From: an uncultured delta proteobacterium
GTDB taxonomy: Bacteria > Desulfobacterota > Desulfobacteria > Desulfobacterales > UBA2156
Reading direction: 5' to 3'
Length of the DNA: 64,000 nt
Assembly (NCBI GenBank): GCA_963736855.1
Contig: CAVTQK010000021.1
Span: 288,001 to 352,000 of the forward strand
Below the pieces are notes generated by a model. That model searched no databases. It was given only the letters and a program-made list of their open reading frames with translations, and was not told the origin of the DNA. Every line of letters starts with the position of its first letter. The first letter of the stretch is position 1. The translations under genes and the position numbers were made by a program. Of this stretch, positions 21,853-32,383 are shown in pieces.

Positions 21853-23067
21853 ATGAGCGATATTCGAAAAGCATTTTATGGCCTTCCGGAGAAAGTCGTT
21901 TTCTGTAAACGCTGTGTCATGTCGAATCAAAGACCAAGTTCTTATCCGGAATTCAAACATACAAAAAATCGCATTACACCAACACTTCATATTGATGAAG
22001 AAGGAATATGCGATGCTTGCCGTTATGCTGAAAGAAAAAAAAATATCGATTGGGAGCAGCGTGAAAAACAGCTTTTTCAGTTATGTGATAAATACCGAAG
22101 AACGGATGGATATTATGATTGTATTGTTCCAGGCAGCGGAGGGAAAGACAGTGCCTATGCGGCTTATCTTTTAAAATATAAATTTGGAATGAATCCATTG
22201 ACGGTCACCTGGCCGCCAATATTATACACCGAATACGGATATTGCAATTATCGCAATTGGATTGAAAAGGGCGGATTCGATAATATCACGTTTAAAGTAA
22301 ATGGACGGGCGCATCGATTGATCACAAAGCTTGCTATTGAGAACCTTTTGCATCCGTTCCAAACTTTTATCTTAGGACAAAAAAATCTGGCGCCGAAAAT
22401 TGCTATTCAATTCAAAATACCGCTGGTTTTTTACGGTGAACCGGAGGCGGAATATGGGAATCCTATTGCTGAAACATCAACATCTCTTAGAGATAAATCA
22501 TATTATTCAATGAAGAATATCGATGAGATTTATTTAGGCGGTGTGCGTGTTAACGAATTGATAGAACGATACAAATTAAGAAAAAATGAAATTTTGGCTT
22601 ATTTCCCTCCTGACTACCATGACCTTGAAAAATTAGACATAAGAGTGCATTATTTGGGATATTATATTAAATGGACCCCTCAGGAGGCATTCTATTTTGC
22701 TGCTGAAAAGACGGGATTTAAGCCGAGACCATTTCGTACTCAAGGAACTTACAGCAAATATAACAGCATCGATGATAAAATAGACGATTTGCACTACTAT
22801 ACAACCTATATCAAATTTGGTCTTGGCAGAGCATCGTATGATGCTTCCCAAGAAATTCGAAATAGTCATATAACCAGAGAAGAAGGAATAGCTTTGGTAA
22901 AAAAGTTTGATGGTGAATTTCCAGATAGATATTTCAGAGAAATCATGGATTTCCTTGATATTGACGAAGGCCACTTTCATGGATTATGTGAATATGCAAG
23001 ATCACCTCATCTATGGAATAAAGAGAATGATAAGTGGAAATTAAGATTTCCTGTTTGGGAAGCTTAG
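21853..23067 (+). CDS. N-acetyl sugar amidotransferase (WbuX/PseA-like)
   Basis: CxxC...CxxC zinc motif, PP-loop SGGKDS and KFGLGRA. Confidence 0.88.
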   Translation: MSDIRKAFYGLPEKVVFCKRCVMSNQRPSSYPEFKHTKNRITPTLHIDEEGICDACRYAERKKNIDWEQREKQLFQLCDKYRRTDGYYDCIVPGSGGKDSAYAAYLLKYKFGMNPLTVTWPPILYTEYGYCNYRNWIEKGGFDNITFKVNGRAHRLITKLAIENLLHPFQTFILGQKNLAPKIAIQFKIPLVFYGEPEAEYGNPIAETSTSLRDKSYYSMKNIDEIYLGGVRVNELIERYKLRKNEILAYFPPDYHDLEKLDIRVHYLGYYIKWTPQEAFYFAAEKTGFKPRPFRTQGTYSKYNSIDDKIDDLHYYTTYIKFGLGRASYDASQEIRNSHITREEGIALVKKFDGEFPDRYFREIMDFLDIDEGHFHGLCEYARSPHLWNKENDKWKLRFPVWEA

Positions 23068-23082
23068 AAAAAAGTTTAACAA

Positions 23083-23765
23083 ATGATCGCAGAAAAAACA
23101 ATATTAGCGATAATTCCTGCAAGGGGAGGTTCAAAAGGAATTCCTAGAAAAATATAATGAAAGTTAGAGGCAAACCGTTAATTGCTTATACGATCGAAGA
23201 GGCCAAAAAATGCTCTTTTATAGATAGAATGATACTTTCATCGGAAGATGATGAAATAATTCAAACAGCAAAAAACTGGGGATGTGAAGCCCCATTCGTT
23301 CGTCCGAATAAATTCGCTCAAGATGATACCCCTATGATGGACACAATTTTTCATGCAATAGAGTCCTTACCTGAAAAATATGATTATGTGCTTCTGCTGC
23401 AACCCACATCACCTCTTAGGAAATCAGATGATATAAAAAATGCAATTCAATTATGCATCGATTATAATGCTCCCGCATGCGTATCAGTTGCAGTAGCAGA
23501 CAAAAGCCCATATTGGATGGTAAAGATTAATGGCCTTGGAAGATTAAAACCGCTTATTAATCATAATTTTTCATCAGAATATCGAAGACAGGATTTGCCT
23601 ATCATTTATCAGGTAAACGGAGCTATATACTTTGGAAAAACAACCTGGTTGCTGGAAACAAAAACATTTTTCACGGAACAGACATTGGCCTATATAATGA
23701 ATAAAGAAAGATCATTAGATATTGATACTGAATTTGACCTAAAAATATTAAATATATTGATTTAA
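23083..23765 (+). CDS. Acylneuraminate cytidylyltransferase (LegF/NeuA-like) 3, one indel near 5' end
   Basis: ILAIIPARGGSKGIPRKN from ATG 23083; LLQPTSPLR, RRQD, NGAIY and SLDIDT motifs. Confidence 0.88.
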
Positions 23766-23883
23766 GTGGGTATGCAATTATTGGGACATAAATGCAGAAA
23801 CAAATGGATCTTTTGAGTTTCAGACTTCATTAAACACTATTTAGGAATTGGCCAAGAAATAGTTTAATGTTATAAAGGGCATT

Positions 23884-24887
23884 ATGACAAAAGCATTATT
23901 AGGTAAAAAAGTACTTAGTTACCGGAGCGGGAGGTTTTATTGGGAGCCATCTTGTTGAAGCACTTATCGAGGAGGGATGCGATGTCCGTGCATTTGTGCG
24001 CTATAATTCATCAAATCGATGGGGTTGGCTTGATTCGTTTAATGAAAATAATTTAAAATATATTGAGGTGTATAAAGGTGACATCAGAGATGAATCATCA
24101 GTAAGATCATCAGTAAGAGGGTGTAATATTGTATTTCATTTAGCAGCACTTATCGGTATACCTTATAGTTGTGCACAACCCTGAAGGCTATGTCGCAACA
24201 AATGTCTATGGTACATTATACATTCTTCAAGCTTGTCGCGAATATTCTGTTGATAAAGTCTTGGTCGCTTCGACTTCAGAAGTATATGGTACTGCTAATA
24301 ATATTCCCATAACAGAAGCACATCCACGACAACCTCAATCGCCATATTCTGCTACTAAAATTGCATCAGATAGTCTTGCAGAATCGTTTTACCGAAGCTT
24401 TGAATCTCCGGTGACTATTGTTAGGCCATTTAATACCTATGGTCCTCGCCAATCATCTCGTGCAATTATACCCACAATAATTACTCAATTATTGGCGAAT
24501 CAGAAACAAATACATCTCGGTGATCTTCAGCCGACACGTGATTTTGTGTATGTAAAAGATACTGCGCGTGGATTTATTGAACTTGCTAAATCCGCAGCGG
24601 CGATTGGAAAGCATGTAAATATTGCTACTGGTAATGAATACGCAATAAAAGAAGTAGCTGATAAGTTAATAAGAAAGATAAGATCTTTAGCAAAAGTCGT
24701 AACTGATGAAGAACGCCTAAGGCCATCAAAAAGTGAAGTCATGCGATTATGCGGTAGTAATGACACTTTATTCTCCTTAACAGGCTGGAGACCAGTCATT
24801 GATTTTGACACCGGGCTTAACGAAACAATTGAATGGTATAAATCACATTGGCATGAGATAAAATATGAATTAATGTTTACAAAATGA
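23884..24887 (+). CDS. legB: NAD-dependent 4,6-dehydratase (LegB-like), frameshifted
   Basis: TGAGGFIGSHL, YNSSNRWGWLD, HLAALIGIPYS, QSPYSATK and RPFNTYGPRQS motifs. Confidence 0.85.
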
Positions 24888-26410
24888 AAATAGTAAAAAC
24901 AGGAGATAAAAAGTTGAAAGTACTGTTTATTTATCCTGAAATGGCTGAACATGGAAATATACCTATAGCATTGACAATCCTTACAGCCGTATTGAGAAAA
25001 GCAGGACATTCAGTAACAATATTTGATTGTTCAGTATATGTCCCTAAAAATGATTTAGTTAAAGCGTTTGAAGAAATTGGAATGTTTAAAGTCGCTCCTC
25101 CACTTTCAATTCCTCGACCTGTATCTAAATGTATTGAAAATATGGAAGAAGATTTAATTAAGATTGTTAAAGCATGTGATGCAAAACTTATTGGGATTAC
25201 AACAAACACCGGTACGTTCTCGTTAGGATTAAAATGCAGTAAGATATTAAAAAAGCATTTTCCAAGTATTTATATCATTTTTGGAGGTATTCATCCGACA
25301 ATCTGTCCGGATGAGGTAATACGGGAACCTTCAGTTGATATGATTTGCATTGGTGAAGGAGAGGATGCGCTTTTAGAAATTTGTGATACGTTTGATAATG
25401 ACATAAACAAGATAAAATCAATTAAGAATATATGGTTTAAAGATAAAAGTAACCCGGAATTAATTTATAAAAATCCATTAAGAGACTTAATAGAACTAGA
25501 TTCACTTCCTCCGCAGGATTTTTCTGATTTCAATGAATATGATTTCTATCGTCCTCTTGATGGTAAGATGTACAAAATGATGTATACTGAAATAAGCCGG
25601 GGATGTATTTTTAATTGCTCTTATTGTGCTAATCATGTATTAAAAAATATCTTCAAAAAATGTGGCCCTTACCATAGACGTAAAAGCCCGGAAAAAACGA
25701 TAGAGCAACTTAAATATTTAAAAGATAAATATAAGTTTGAAATGATCCGATTCTGGGATGAGGATTTTACAGTTTTCTCTATTGGTTATCTTAAAAAATT
25801 GGCCGAACTCTACAAAAGAGAAATTCAATTGCCGTTTCTTATTTATGCAGGAACCCGAACAATAAGCGAAGATAAAGTCTCAGTTCTGAAAGATATGAAT
25901 TGTGTTACTATAGCAATGGCGATTGAGAGCGGAAATGAATGGATGAGAAAGTATATACTTAATAGAAATATTTCTGATGATGATATAATAAGAAAATATG
26001 ACATTGTTAAAAAAAGCGGTATTCGAGTTTCTGCATATAATATGATAGGGCTTCCTTTTGAGACAAGAGAAATGATTTTTGAAACTATTCATTTAAATAG
26101 AAAAATTAATCCAGCAACCTCATCAGTATCAATCTTTAAACCGTATCCTAAAACTAGATTGTATGAGATTGTTAAAGATTTTGGCTTTTTAAAGTCACAG
26201 CCTCAATACTTAATCGAAAAATCTGATATAGATTCTCCTTTTATTAAAAACGAAGAAATTAACGGATTGCAAAGGACCTTCGCATTATATACTAAAGTCC
26301 GAGAAAAAGAATTTCCTTTATTAAAGAAATGCGAGAAAGATGAAGAACTTGCGAAAGAAGTTTTTCCGAACATGATAAAATCATTAGCAGTTGATAGAAT
26401 TAGAAATTAA
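24884..26410 (+). CDS. B12-binding domain radical SAM protein
   Basis: FGGIHPT and IGEGE cobalamin-binding motifs; SRGCIFNCSYC (CxxxCxxC). Confidence 0.9.
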   Translation: MKIVKTGDKKLKVLFIYPEMAEHGNIPIALTILTAVLRKAGHSVTIFDCSVYVPKNDLVKAFEEIGMFKVAPPLSIPRPVSKCIENMEEDLIKIVKACDAKLIGITTNTGTFSLGLKCSKILKKHFPSIYIIFGGIHPTICPDEVIREPSVDMICIGEGEDALLEICDTFDNDINKIKSIKNIWFKDKSNPELIYKNPLRDLIELDSLPPQDFSDFNEYDFYRPLDGKMYKMMYTEISRGCIFNCSYCANHVLKNIFKKCGPYHRRKSPEKTIEQLKYLKDKYKFEMIRFWDEDFTVFSIGYLKKLAELYKREIQLPFLIYAGTRTISEDKVSVLKDMNCVTIAMAIESGNEWMRKYILNRNISDDDIIRKYDIVKKSGIRVSAYNMIGLPFETREMIFETIHLNRKINPATSSVSIFKPYPKTRLYEIVKDFGFLKSQPQYLIEKSDIDSPFIKNEEINGLQRTFALYTKVREKEFPLLKKCEKDEELAKEVFPNMIKSLAVDRIRN

Positions 26411-26440
26411 ATTCGAAACGTTGTATTAATTCAGTGAAAT

Positions 26441-27412
26441 ATGAAAGACGATATCAATCCCATATTTATATGCGGTTATCCAAAATCCGGGACAACCCTT
26501 TTAGTCTCACTTTTGGATGGTCATAGCGAGTTATTGGTTATTCCTGAAGAAACAAAATATTTTAAAATGGTATTAGGAGCAAAAATCGATCAAAAATTCG
26601 AAATCCTTTTTAAAAAAACAAACATAGCAGCGTTAAGCAGAGGAATTGTTGACGAACCCTCAGGATATCGCGATTATTCAAATATCGATTTTAATAAACT
26701 ATTAAGTTTTTCAAAAGATATTTGGGAGCGTTCGGAAAAAAAAGACAAAGATTTATTTGAAAGTTTAGTTGCAGGATATTCCAAAGTCACCGGGAAATCT
26801 CATTATAAATATTGGGTAGAGAAAACACCTAAAAATGAGCTATATTTACCTATTATTAATAAAATGTGGCCGAAAGCAAAAATTATCTATATCATTCGAG
26901 ACCCGAGACAGACATACTGTTCACATAAAGAATATAAAAAAGTAAAAAGCAGCAAAAAAAAAGTTAATGCAGATGAATTTACAGTTCAATTTGAAAAAAG
27001 CTTTAAAGCTATTAACGACTTTATTACAAAGAAAAGAGAAGGAATAATCATTAAATATGAGGACTTGGTAAGAGAAACTGAAAACGTAATGAAAAGGATA
27101 TCTCAATATTTGGAAATACAGTTTGAAAATAAACTGGTAATACCGACAAGAGCTGGAACTATCTGGAAAGGAAATTCCGCGTTTAAAGAAAAGTACGAAG
27201 GTGTTGGATTTAGGAAAAATAATTACTTTGAAATATTAGAAGAAAAAGAGATAAATATCATTGAATTGAATTTAATGAAAATTATGATCGAATTAAACTA
27301 TCCCATAAAAATTAAATATAATAAAATGAATGCAACTCGATCTCTTATCAGCAGACAAAGAACAAAAATAAATATGATAGCTAGAAAATATACCAAAAGT
27401 AAAGCATCGTAA
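26441..27412 (+). CDS. Sulfotransferase family protein
   Basis: GYPKSGTT (5'-PSB loop), WVEKTP, IIRDPR and KYEDLV motifs. Confidence 0.88.
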   Translation: MKDDINPIFICGYPKSGTTLLVSLLDGHSELLVIPEETKYFKMVLGAKIDQKFEILFKKTNIAALSRGIVDEPSGYRDYSNIDFNKLLSFSKDIWERSEKKDKDLFESLVAGYSKVTGKSHYKYWVEKTPKNELYLPIINKMWPKAKIIYIIRDPRQTYCSHKEYKKVKSSKKKVNADEFTVQFEKSFKAINDFITKKREGIIIKYEDLVRETENVMKRISQYLEIQFENKLVIPTRAGTIWKGNSAFKEKYEGVGFRKNNYFEILEEKEINIIELNLMKIMIELNYPIKIKYNKMNATRSLISRQRTKINMIARKYTKSKAS

Positions 27413-27507
27413 TAATTAAAAGCAATACATCTCTGAAAAGATGTTTTTAAATAGGATACCTTCCTTAGCTCGATTAAGCCTATCCTGATATCAATATTTA
27501 TGCTGAG

Positions 27508-27548
27508 CTAGTAAACTACCACCGAAATTGTCGGTGGTAGTTTACTAG
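27508..27548. repeat. Perfect 18-bp inverted repeat (hairpin) in intergenic region
   Basis: CTAGTAAACTACCACCGA-aattg-TCGGTGGTAGTTTACTAG. Confidence 0.9.
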
Positions 27549-27569
27549 ACAGAAATACCGAGAAATAAG

Positions 27570-28583
27570 ATGATGCCTAAAGAAAAAAGATTTGTAAAAA
27601 TTATATCCGAGGTTGGTTCCGTGCATGACGGAAGTTTCGGAAATGCAAAGCATCTAGCAAAAACCGCTAAAATGTGCGGCGCCGATGCCGTAAAGTTTCA
27701 AACCCATATTGCAGAAGCTGAAACCTTAAAGGATGCGCCAGTGCCTCCGTATTTTAAAGGAGAGCCTCGATATCAGTATTTTCAAAGAACGGCCTTCTCA
27801 AAAAGTGAGTGGGAAGAATTAAAAAAATATTGCGAAAAAATTGATATCGAATTTATGTCTTCGCCATTTTCAATAGAAGCCGCATATCTTTTAAAAAAGA
27901 TTGGCATGAATTCATATAAAATCCCTTCGGGAGAGATCACTAATATTCCAATGTTGGAATTTATTTCAAAAACCGGAAAGCCCATTATTTTATCGTCCGG
28001 AATGAGTTCCTGGGAAGAACTCGATCTAGCCGTTGATACCATCAGGCGATTTCATAATAGAATAACCATATTGCAATGCACTTCGGAATACCCTTGCAAG
28101 TATGAATCAGCGGGGATCAACGTCATGGTTGAAATGCAAAAGCGCTATGAAGTGCCGGTGGGTTTATCGGATCATTCCTTGACAACGTATCCGTCATTTC
28201 TCGCTGTTTCTCTCGGAGCTTCGGTTATTGAGAAGCATTTAACTTTCAGCCGATTGATGTATGGAAGCGATGCACGCCATTCGATTGAGCCGGATGAATT
28301 TAAAACTTTGGTTGAAGGGATTCGGGCAATTGAAATTATGAAAAATACTCCGATAAATAAGGATAAGTCAGCCGTCAAAATGAGAAACATGAAAGAAATA
28401 TTTGAAAAAAGTATTGTATCTGTTCAGAATATTCCGAAAGGAAAAGTCATATGTAAAGAAATGTTGGGCATGAAAAAACCCGGGGGTGGAATTCCACCAA
28501 AAAAATTAAAGGAGATAATTGGCAAACGAGCAGCTCATTTTATTAAAAAAGACAGTCTGATAAAAGAAGATGATTTTATTTAA
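27570..28583 (+). CDS. neuB: N-acetylneuraminate synthase family protein 3
   Basis: SEVGSVHDGS, VKFQTHIA, QCTSEYP, GLSDHS and EKH motifs; SAF domain. Confidence 0.9.
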   Translation: MMPKEKRFVKIISEVGSVHDGSFGNAKHLAKTAKMCGADAVKFQTHIAEAETLKDAPVPPYFKGEPRYQYFQRTAFSKSEWEELKKYCEKIDIEFMSSPFSIEAAYLLKKIGMNSYKIPSGEITNIPMLEFISKTGKPIILSSGMSSWEELDLAVDTIRRFHNRITILQCTSEYPCKYESAGINVMVEMQKRYEVPVGLSDHSLTTYPSFLAVSLGASVIEKHLTFSRLMYGSDARHSIEPDEFKTLVEGIRAIEIMKNTPINKDKSAVKMRNMKEIFEKSIVSVQNIPKGKVICKEMLGMKKPGGGIPPKKLKEIIGKRAAHFIKKDSLIKEDDFI

Positions 28584-28619
28584 ACAAAAGGTGGTTATCG
28601 AATACTGCGAGTCAATTTT

Positions 28620-29771
28620 ATGAGAAAGATATGCGTCGTTATCGGCTCCAGGGCAAATTACAGCAGTATCAAATCGGCCATGAGAGCAGTCAATAGACAC
28701 GAAGAGCTGAAACTACAGTTGGTGGTGGGTGCGTCGGCTTTGCTCGATCGATACGGAGAAGTGGTCAACTTAATTGAAAAGGATGGCTTTCTACCGTCCG
28801 CTAAGGTGTATATGCTGATAGAGGGTGAAAATCCGGTCACCATGGCAAAATCAACGGGCCTGGGACTGCTTGAACTCCCGACAATCCTCGAACAGTTGAA
28901 GCCGGATATTGTTTTAACGGTGGGCGATCGATTCGAGACGATGGCAACGGCATTGGCGGCTACGTACATGAACGTTGCATTGGCCCATTCAATGGGAGGT
29001 GAAATATCCGGAACGATAGATGAAAGCATTCGACATGCCGTTACCAAGTTGGCGCATATTCATTTTCCGGCTTGTTCGGACGCCAGAGAACGGATTATCA
29101 AGCTCGGAGAAAGGCCTCAGGACGTTTATCTTGTAGGCTGCCCCCGAATCGACCTGGTTGCGGAAATACTGGAAAGAGAAGAAAACGGATTAGGGCCTGA
29201 TCTTTTTGCCCAGGGGGTTGGAGGAAAATTCGACCTTGATTCTCCGTTTCTGCTGGTTTCACAACACCCTGTCACGACTGAATACGGATTCGGGGAGCAA
29301 CAAATTGCTGAAACGCTTACGGCCATCGAGCAGCATGGCATTCCGGCCATCATTCTGTGGCCCAATGCCGATGCCGGAGCGAACGATGTTGCACGAGGCA
29401 TAAGAAGATTCCGTGAATATCATGACGATTCGAAGATGCACTTCTTTAAAAATTTGCCTGTTGACGTATATGTTGCCTTGATGCGTCGAACCGCTTGCCT
29501 GGTCGGAAACTCAAGCAGCGGCATAAGAGAGGGAGCCTTTATCGGAACACCAACGGTTAACATCGGCACCAGGCAGAATGGAAGAGAAAGAGGAAAAAAT
29601 GTTGTTGATATCGATTATAACAGCTCTGCCATTGCCGACGCCATCACTTCTCAGATCAAAAACGGAAAGTACGATTCCGAGCCCATTTACGGTGACGGCC
29701 ATGCCGGAGAACGGATTGCTGAAATACTCGCACACGGCCAGTGGCGGTTGCAAAAACAGATTACTTTCTGA
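28620..29771 (+). CDS. neuC: Hydrolysing UDP-GlcNAc 2-epimerase (NeuC-like) 2
   Basis: RKICVVIGSRANY, GDRFE, HPVTTE, GNSSSGIREG and YGDGHAG motifs. Confidence 0.9.
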   Translation: MRKICVVIGSRANYSSIKSAMRAVNRHEELKLQLVVGASALLDRYGEVVNLIEKDGFLPSAKVYMLIEGENPVTMAKSTGLGLLELPTILEQLKPDIVLTVGDRFETMATALAATYMNVALAHSMGGEISGTIDESIRHAVTKLAHIHFPACSDARERIIKLGERPQDVYLVGCPRIDLVAEILEREENGLGPDLFAQGVGGKFDLDSPFLLVSQHPVTTEYGFGEQQIAETLTAIEQHGIPAIILWPNADAGANDVARGIRRFREYHDDSKMHFFKNLPVDVYVALMRRTACLVGNSSSGIREGAFIGTPTVNIGTRQNGRERGKNVVDIDYNSSAIADAITSQIKNGKYDSEPIYGDGHAGERIAEILAHGQWRLQKQITF

Positions 29772-30487
29772 TGAAACAAATCCTTGGATTTATCCCCGCA
29801 AGGGGAGGATCGAAAAGCATCCCGCATAAAAACATCGCGCTGCTTTCAGGACTCCCGCTTCTTTGTTATACGTGTCAAGCCGCTCTTGCGTCTCGTTCCA
29901 TTCATCGTGTTTTTCTTTCTACGGATGATGAAAAGATCGCATCCGTCGGAAAATCGTGCGGCGTGGAGGTTCCGTTCCTGAGGCCATCCGAACTTGCTCA
30001 AGATACGACGCCGAGTGTCGATGTCGCCCTGCATGCGTTGGAATGGATAAATTTACATGAAAAATGGGTTCCGGATATTTTGGTGCTGTTGCAGCCGACA
30101 TCGCCATTGAGAAGAACCGAACACATCGATGAATCAATCGAGCTATTCGTCAAGAGCAATGCCGATACCCTGGTCAGCGTGGTTGAAGTTCCACATCGAT
30201 ATAGCCCATTTAATCTAATGAGATTTGAAAACGGGCTTCTAAAGGAATTTTGGAAAGAGCCCATTTTGTTTAATCGATTCAGACGCCAGGAAATTCCTCC
30301 GTTATATGCACGCAATGGACCGGCGATTTTAATCTCGAAAGTATCGACCATCCAAAATGATAAAAGCTTCTACGGGAACAAGATCGTTCCTTATTTAATG
30401 AAACAGGAGGATTCGGTGGATATCGACGAGGAATGGGATCTGAGAATTGCCGAATGCATTATCGAAAACAGGAAGGGGAAAGCTTAA
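29771..30487 (+). CDS. Acylneuraminate cytidylyltransferase (NeuA-like) 4
   Basis: IPARGGSKSIPHKN, LLQPTSPLR, RRQE and SVDID motifs; ATG overlaps the neuC stop. Confidence 0.88.
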   Translation: MKQILGFIPARGGSKSIPHKNIALLSGLPLLCYTCQAALASRSIHRVFLSTDDEKIASVGKSCGVEVPFLRPSELAQDTTPSVDVALHALEWINLHEKWVPDILVLLQPTSPLRRTEHIDESIELFVKSNADTLVSVVEVPHRYSPFNLMRFENGLLKEFWKEPILFNRFRRQEIPPLYARNGPAILISKVSTIQNDKSFYGNKIVPYLMKQEDSVDIDEEWDLRIAECIIENRKGKA

Positions 30488-32364
30488 TGTGCGGCATCGC
30501 GGGAATAATCGGTCCTGAATCGGAAATACAAACCGTTCAAAGGATGATCGAAGTGCAAAAACACCGAGGTCCGGACGGTCGAGGCGCCTGGGGCAAATCG
30601 GGAGAAATCGCATTAGGTCACTGTCGGTTAAAAATCATCGACTTGAGCGATGACGGGCGACAACCCATGAGCACTGAAGATGGACGATATACAATCGTAT
30701 ACAACGGAGAAGTCTACAATTTTAAGGATCTTAAGCGGGAAATGCCGGGAATTAAATTCCGCTCGGAAACCGACACCGAAGTGGTTTTATATGCGTATTC
30801 ATTATGGGGATCCAAATGTCTTGAGCGGTTTATCGGAATGTATGGTTTTGCCATATGGGATGATCTTGAAAAAATTCTGTTTTGCGCACGCGACAGAGTC
30901 GGGATAAAGCCGTTCTATTTCAGCCGGCAAGGCGAAACTTTCTTTTTTTCATCTGAAATCAGGGGTCTCTTAGCCGCAGGTATAAAACCGGAAGCCAATA
31001 ACGGAATTATATATGATTTCTTAATGAAAGATTACTATGAACATACGGATGAGACGTTTTTCCTGAACATCCGTAAACTCCCACCTAGCCATTACATGGT
31101 GGTTGAAAACGGGGTTCCGAAAACCCCGATACGATATTGGGAGTTTGATCAGCAAAAGTGCAATGATGTCAGTAAAATCAGTGTTCAGGAAAGGGATGAG
31201 AAATTTGTCGAACTGGCACTGGATGCCCTTCGACTTCATTTGCGAAGCGATGTTCCGGTGGGAGTAGCATTGAGCGGAGGACTTGACTCGGCCATGCTAT
31301 TGGCTCTTTTGGTGAGGACTCATCCGGATCCGCAAAAAGTTGAAGCTTTCTCATTCGTTTTCAACGATGAAAAATACAGCGAAAGGCCGTATGTTGAAAA
31401 AATGATTCACCATACCGGGCAGCGCGGCCATTTTGTTGAAATATCACCGGAAATTTTCATAGATGACACGCAAGCTTTATGCATCAGTCAGGAAGAACCG
31501 TTTGCCGGACTGCCTATCGCCGCGTATGCAGCTTCCTTTAAAGAAGCGAGAGAAAACAGGTTTATTGTTATGATGGATGGGAGCGGCTTGGATGAGGGAT
31601 TAGCAGGGTACGATCGCTTTTTTCCTGCCTATTGGGTTGATCTGTTTGCTGAAGGAAAATTTGAAAAATTGGATCTTGAGTTATCCGCAAAAGGCATCAT
31701 GACTCCAGGAGAAAGAAAACGAGCCGTTTTCCAAATGTCCGAAGCACTTCGGTCAGACTCCGATTCTGGAAAAGGCCAGGACTTGACCGAAAGTGTGAGG
31801 CCGAATTGTGTTAATACGGATTTCTCCAAAAAATACGCAACTTCTTACCACTTTTTCGAAAGACCGTTTCAAGACAACTTGCGGAATTTAATGTATCGAG
31901 AACTACGATATACCAAGCTGCCGAGAGCACTGAGGTTTAGAGACCGCCTAAGTATGGCTGTCGGAACAGAATTGCGACCCCCTTTTCTCGATCATCGGCT
32001 TCTGGAGTACGAATTTTCCTTACCTCCTGAAGATTATATTAGTCGGGGAGTCACAAAGCATATCCTCAGGAGAGTCGGAAAAAAATATTTGCCGGAAACA
32101 ATAAGAATAGCCTCAAAACGTTCTGTGCAGACCCCACAAAGAGAGTGGTTTCGAAATGAACTATCGGAGTGGGTCAGAGATCAGATTGATAAGCCATCTT
32201 TCTGGAATAGGGGATGGGTGGATAGGAAGCGAGGGAAAAAAAGCATGGAAGAATTTTTTAGGGGGAGAGGCGACAACTCTTTCTTTCTATGGCAGTGGAT
32301 CAACCTTGAACTCTGGGCGGAATCTTTTTTAGATGATCCATTAAAGTTTACCAGAGTTCAGTGA
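30487..32364 (+). CDS. asnB: Asparagine synthase-like glutamine amidotransferase 1
   Basis: MCGIAG Ntn start, HRGPD, YNGEVYN, LSGGLDS and PFLDHRL motifs. Confidence 0.9.
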   Translation: MCGIAGIIGPESEIQTVQRMIEVQKHRGPDGRGAWGKSGEIALGHCRLKIIDLSDDGRQPMSTEDGRYTIVYNGEVYNFKDLKREMPGIKFRSETDTEVVLYAYSLWGSKCLERFIGMYGFAIWDDLEKILFCARDRVGIKPFYFSRQGETFFFSSEIRGLLAAGIKPEANNGIIYDFLMKDYYEHTDETFFLNIRKLPPSHYMVVENGVPKTPIRYWEFDQQKCNDVSKISVQERDEKFVELALDALRLHLRSDVPVGVALSGGLDSAMLLALLVRTHPDPQKVEAFSFVFNDEKYSERPYVEKMIHHTGQRGHFVEISPEIFIDDTQALCISQEEPFAGLPIAAYAASFKEARENRFIVMMDGSGLDEGLAGYDRFFPAYWVDLFAEGKFEKLDLELSAKGIMTPGERKRAVFQMSEALRSDSDSGKGQDLTESVRPNCVNTDFSKKYATSYHFFERPFQDNLRNLMYRELRYTKLPRALRFRDRLSMAVGTELRPPFLDHRLLEYEFSLPPEDYISRGVTKHILRRVGKKYLPETIRIASKRSVQTPQREWFRNELSEWVRDQIDKPSFWNRGWVDRKRGKKSMEEFFRGRGDNSFFLWQWINLELWAESFLDDPLKFTRVQ

Positions 32365-32383
32365 ATAGGGCAGCTTAGGTAAC

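Noticed and set aside
24095..24118. 12-bp tandem duplication TCATCAGTAAGA x2 in legB
   Set aside because: It is in frame, and the segment (DESSVRSSVRGC) appears normal in length for this family; no evidence of functional significance.
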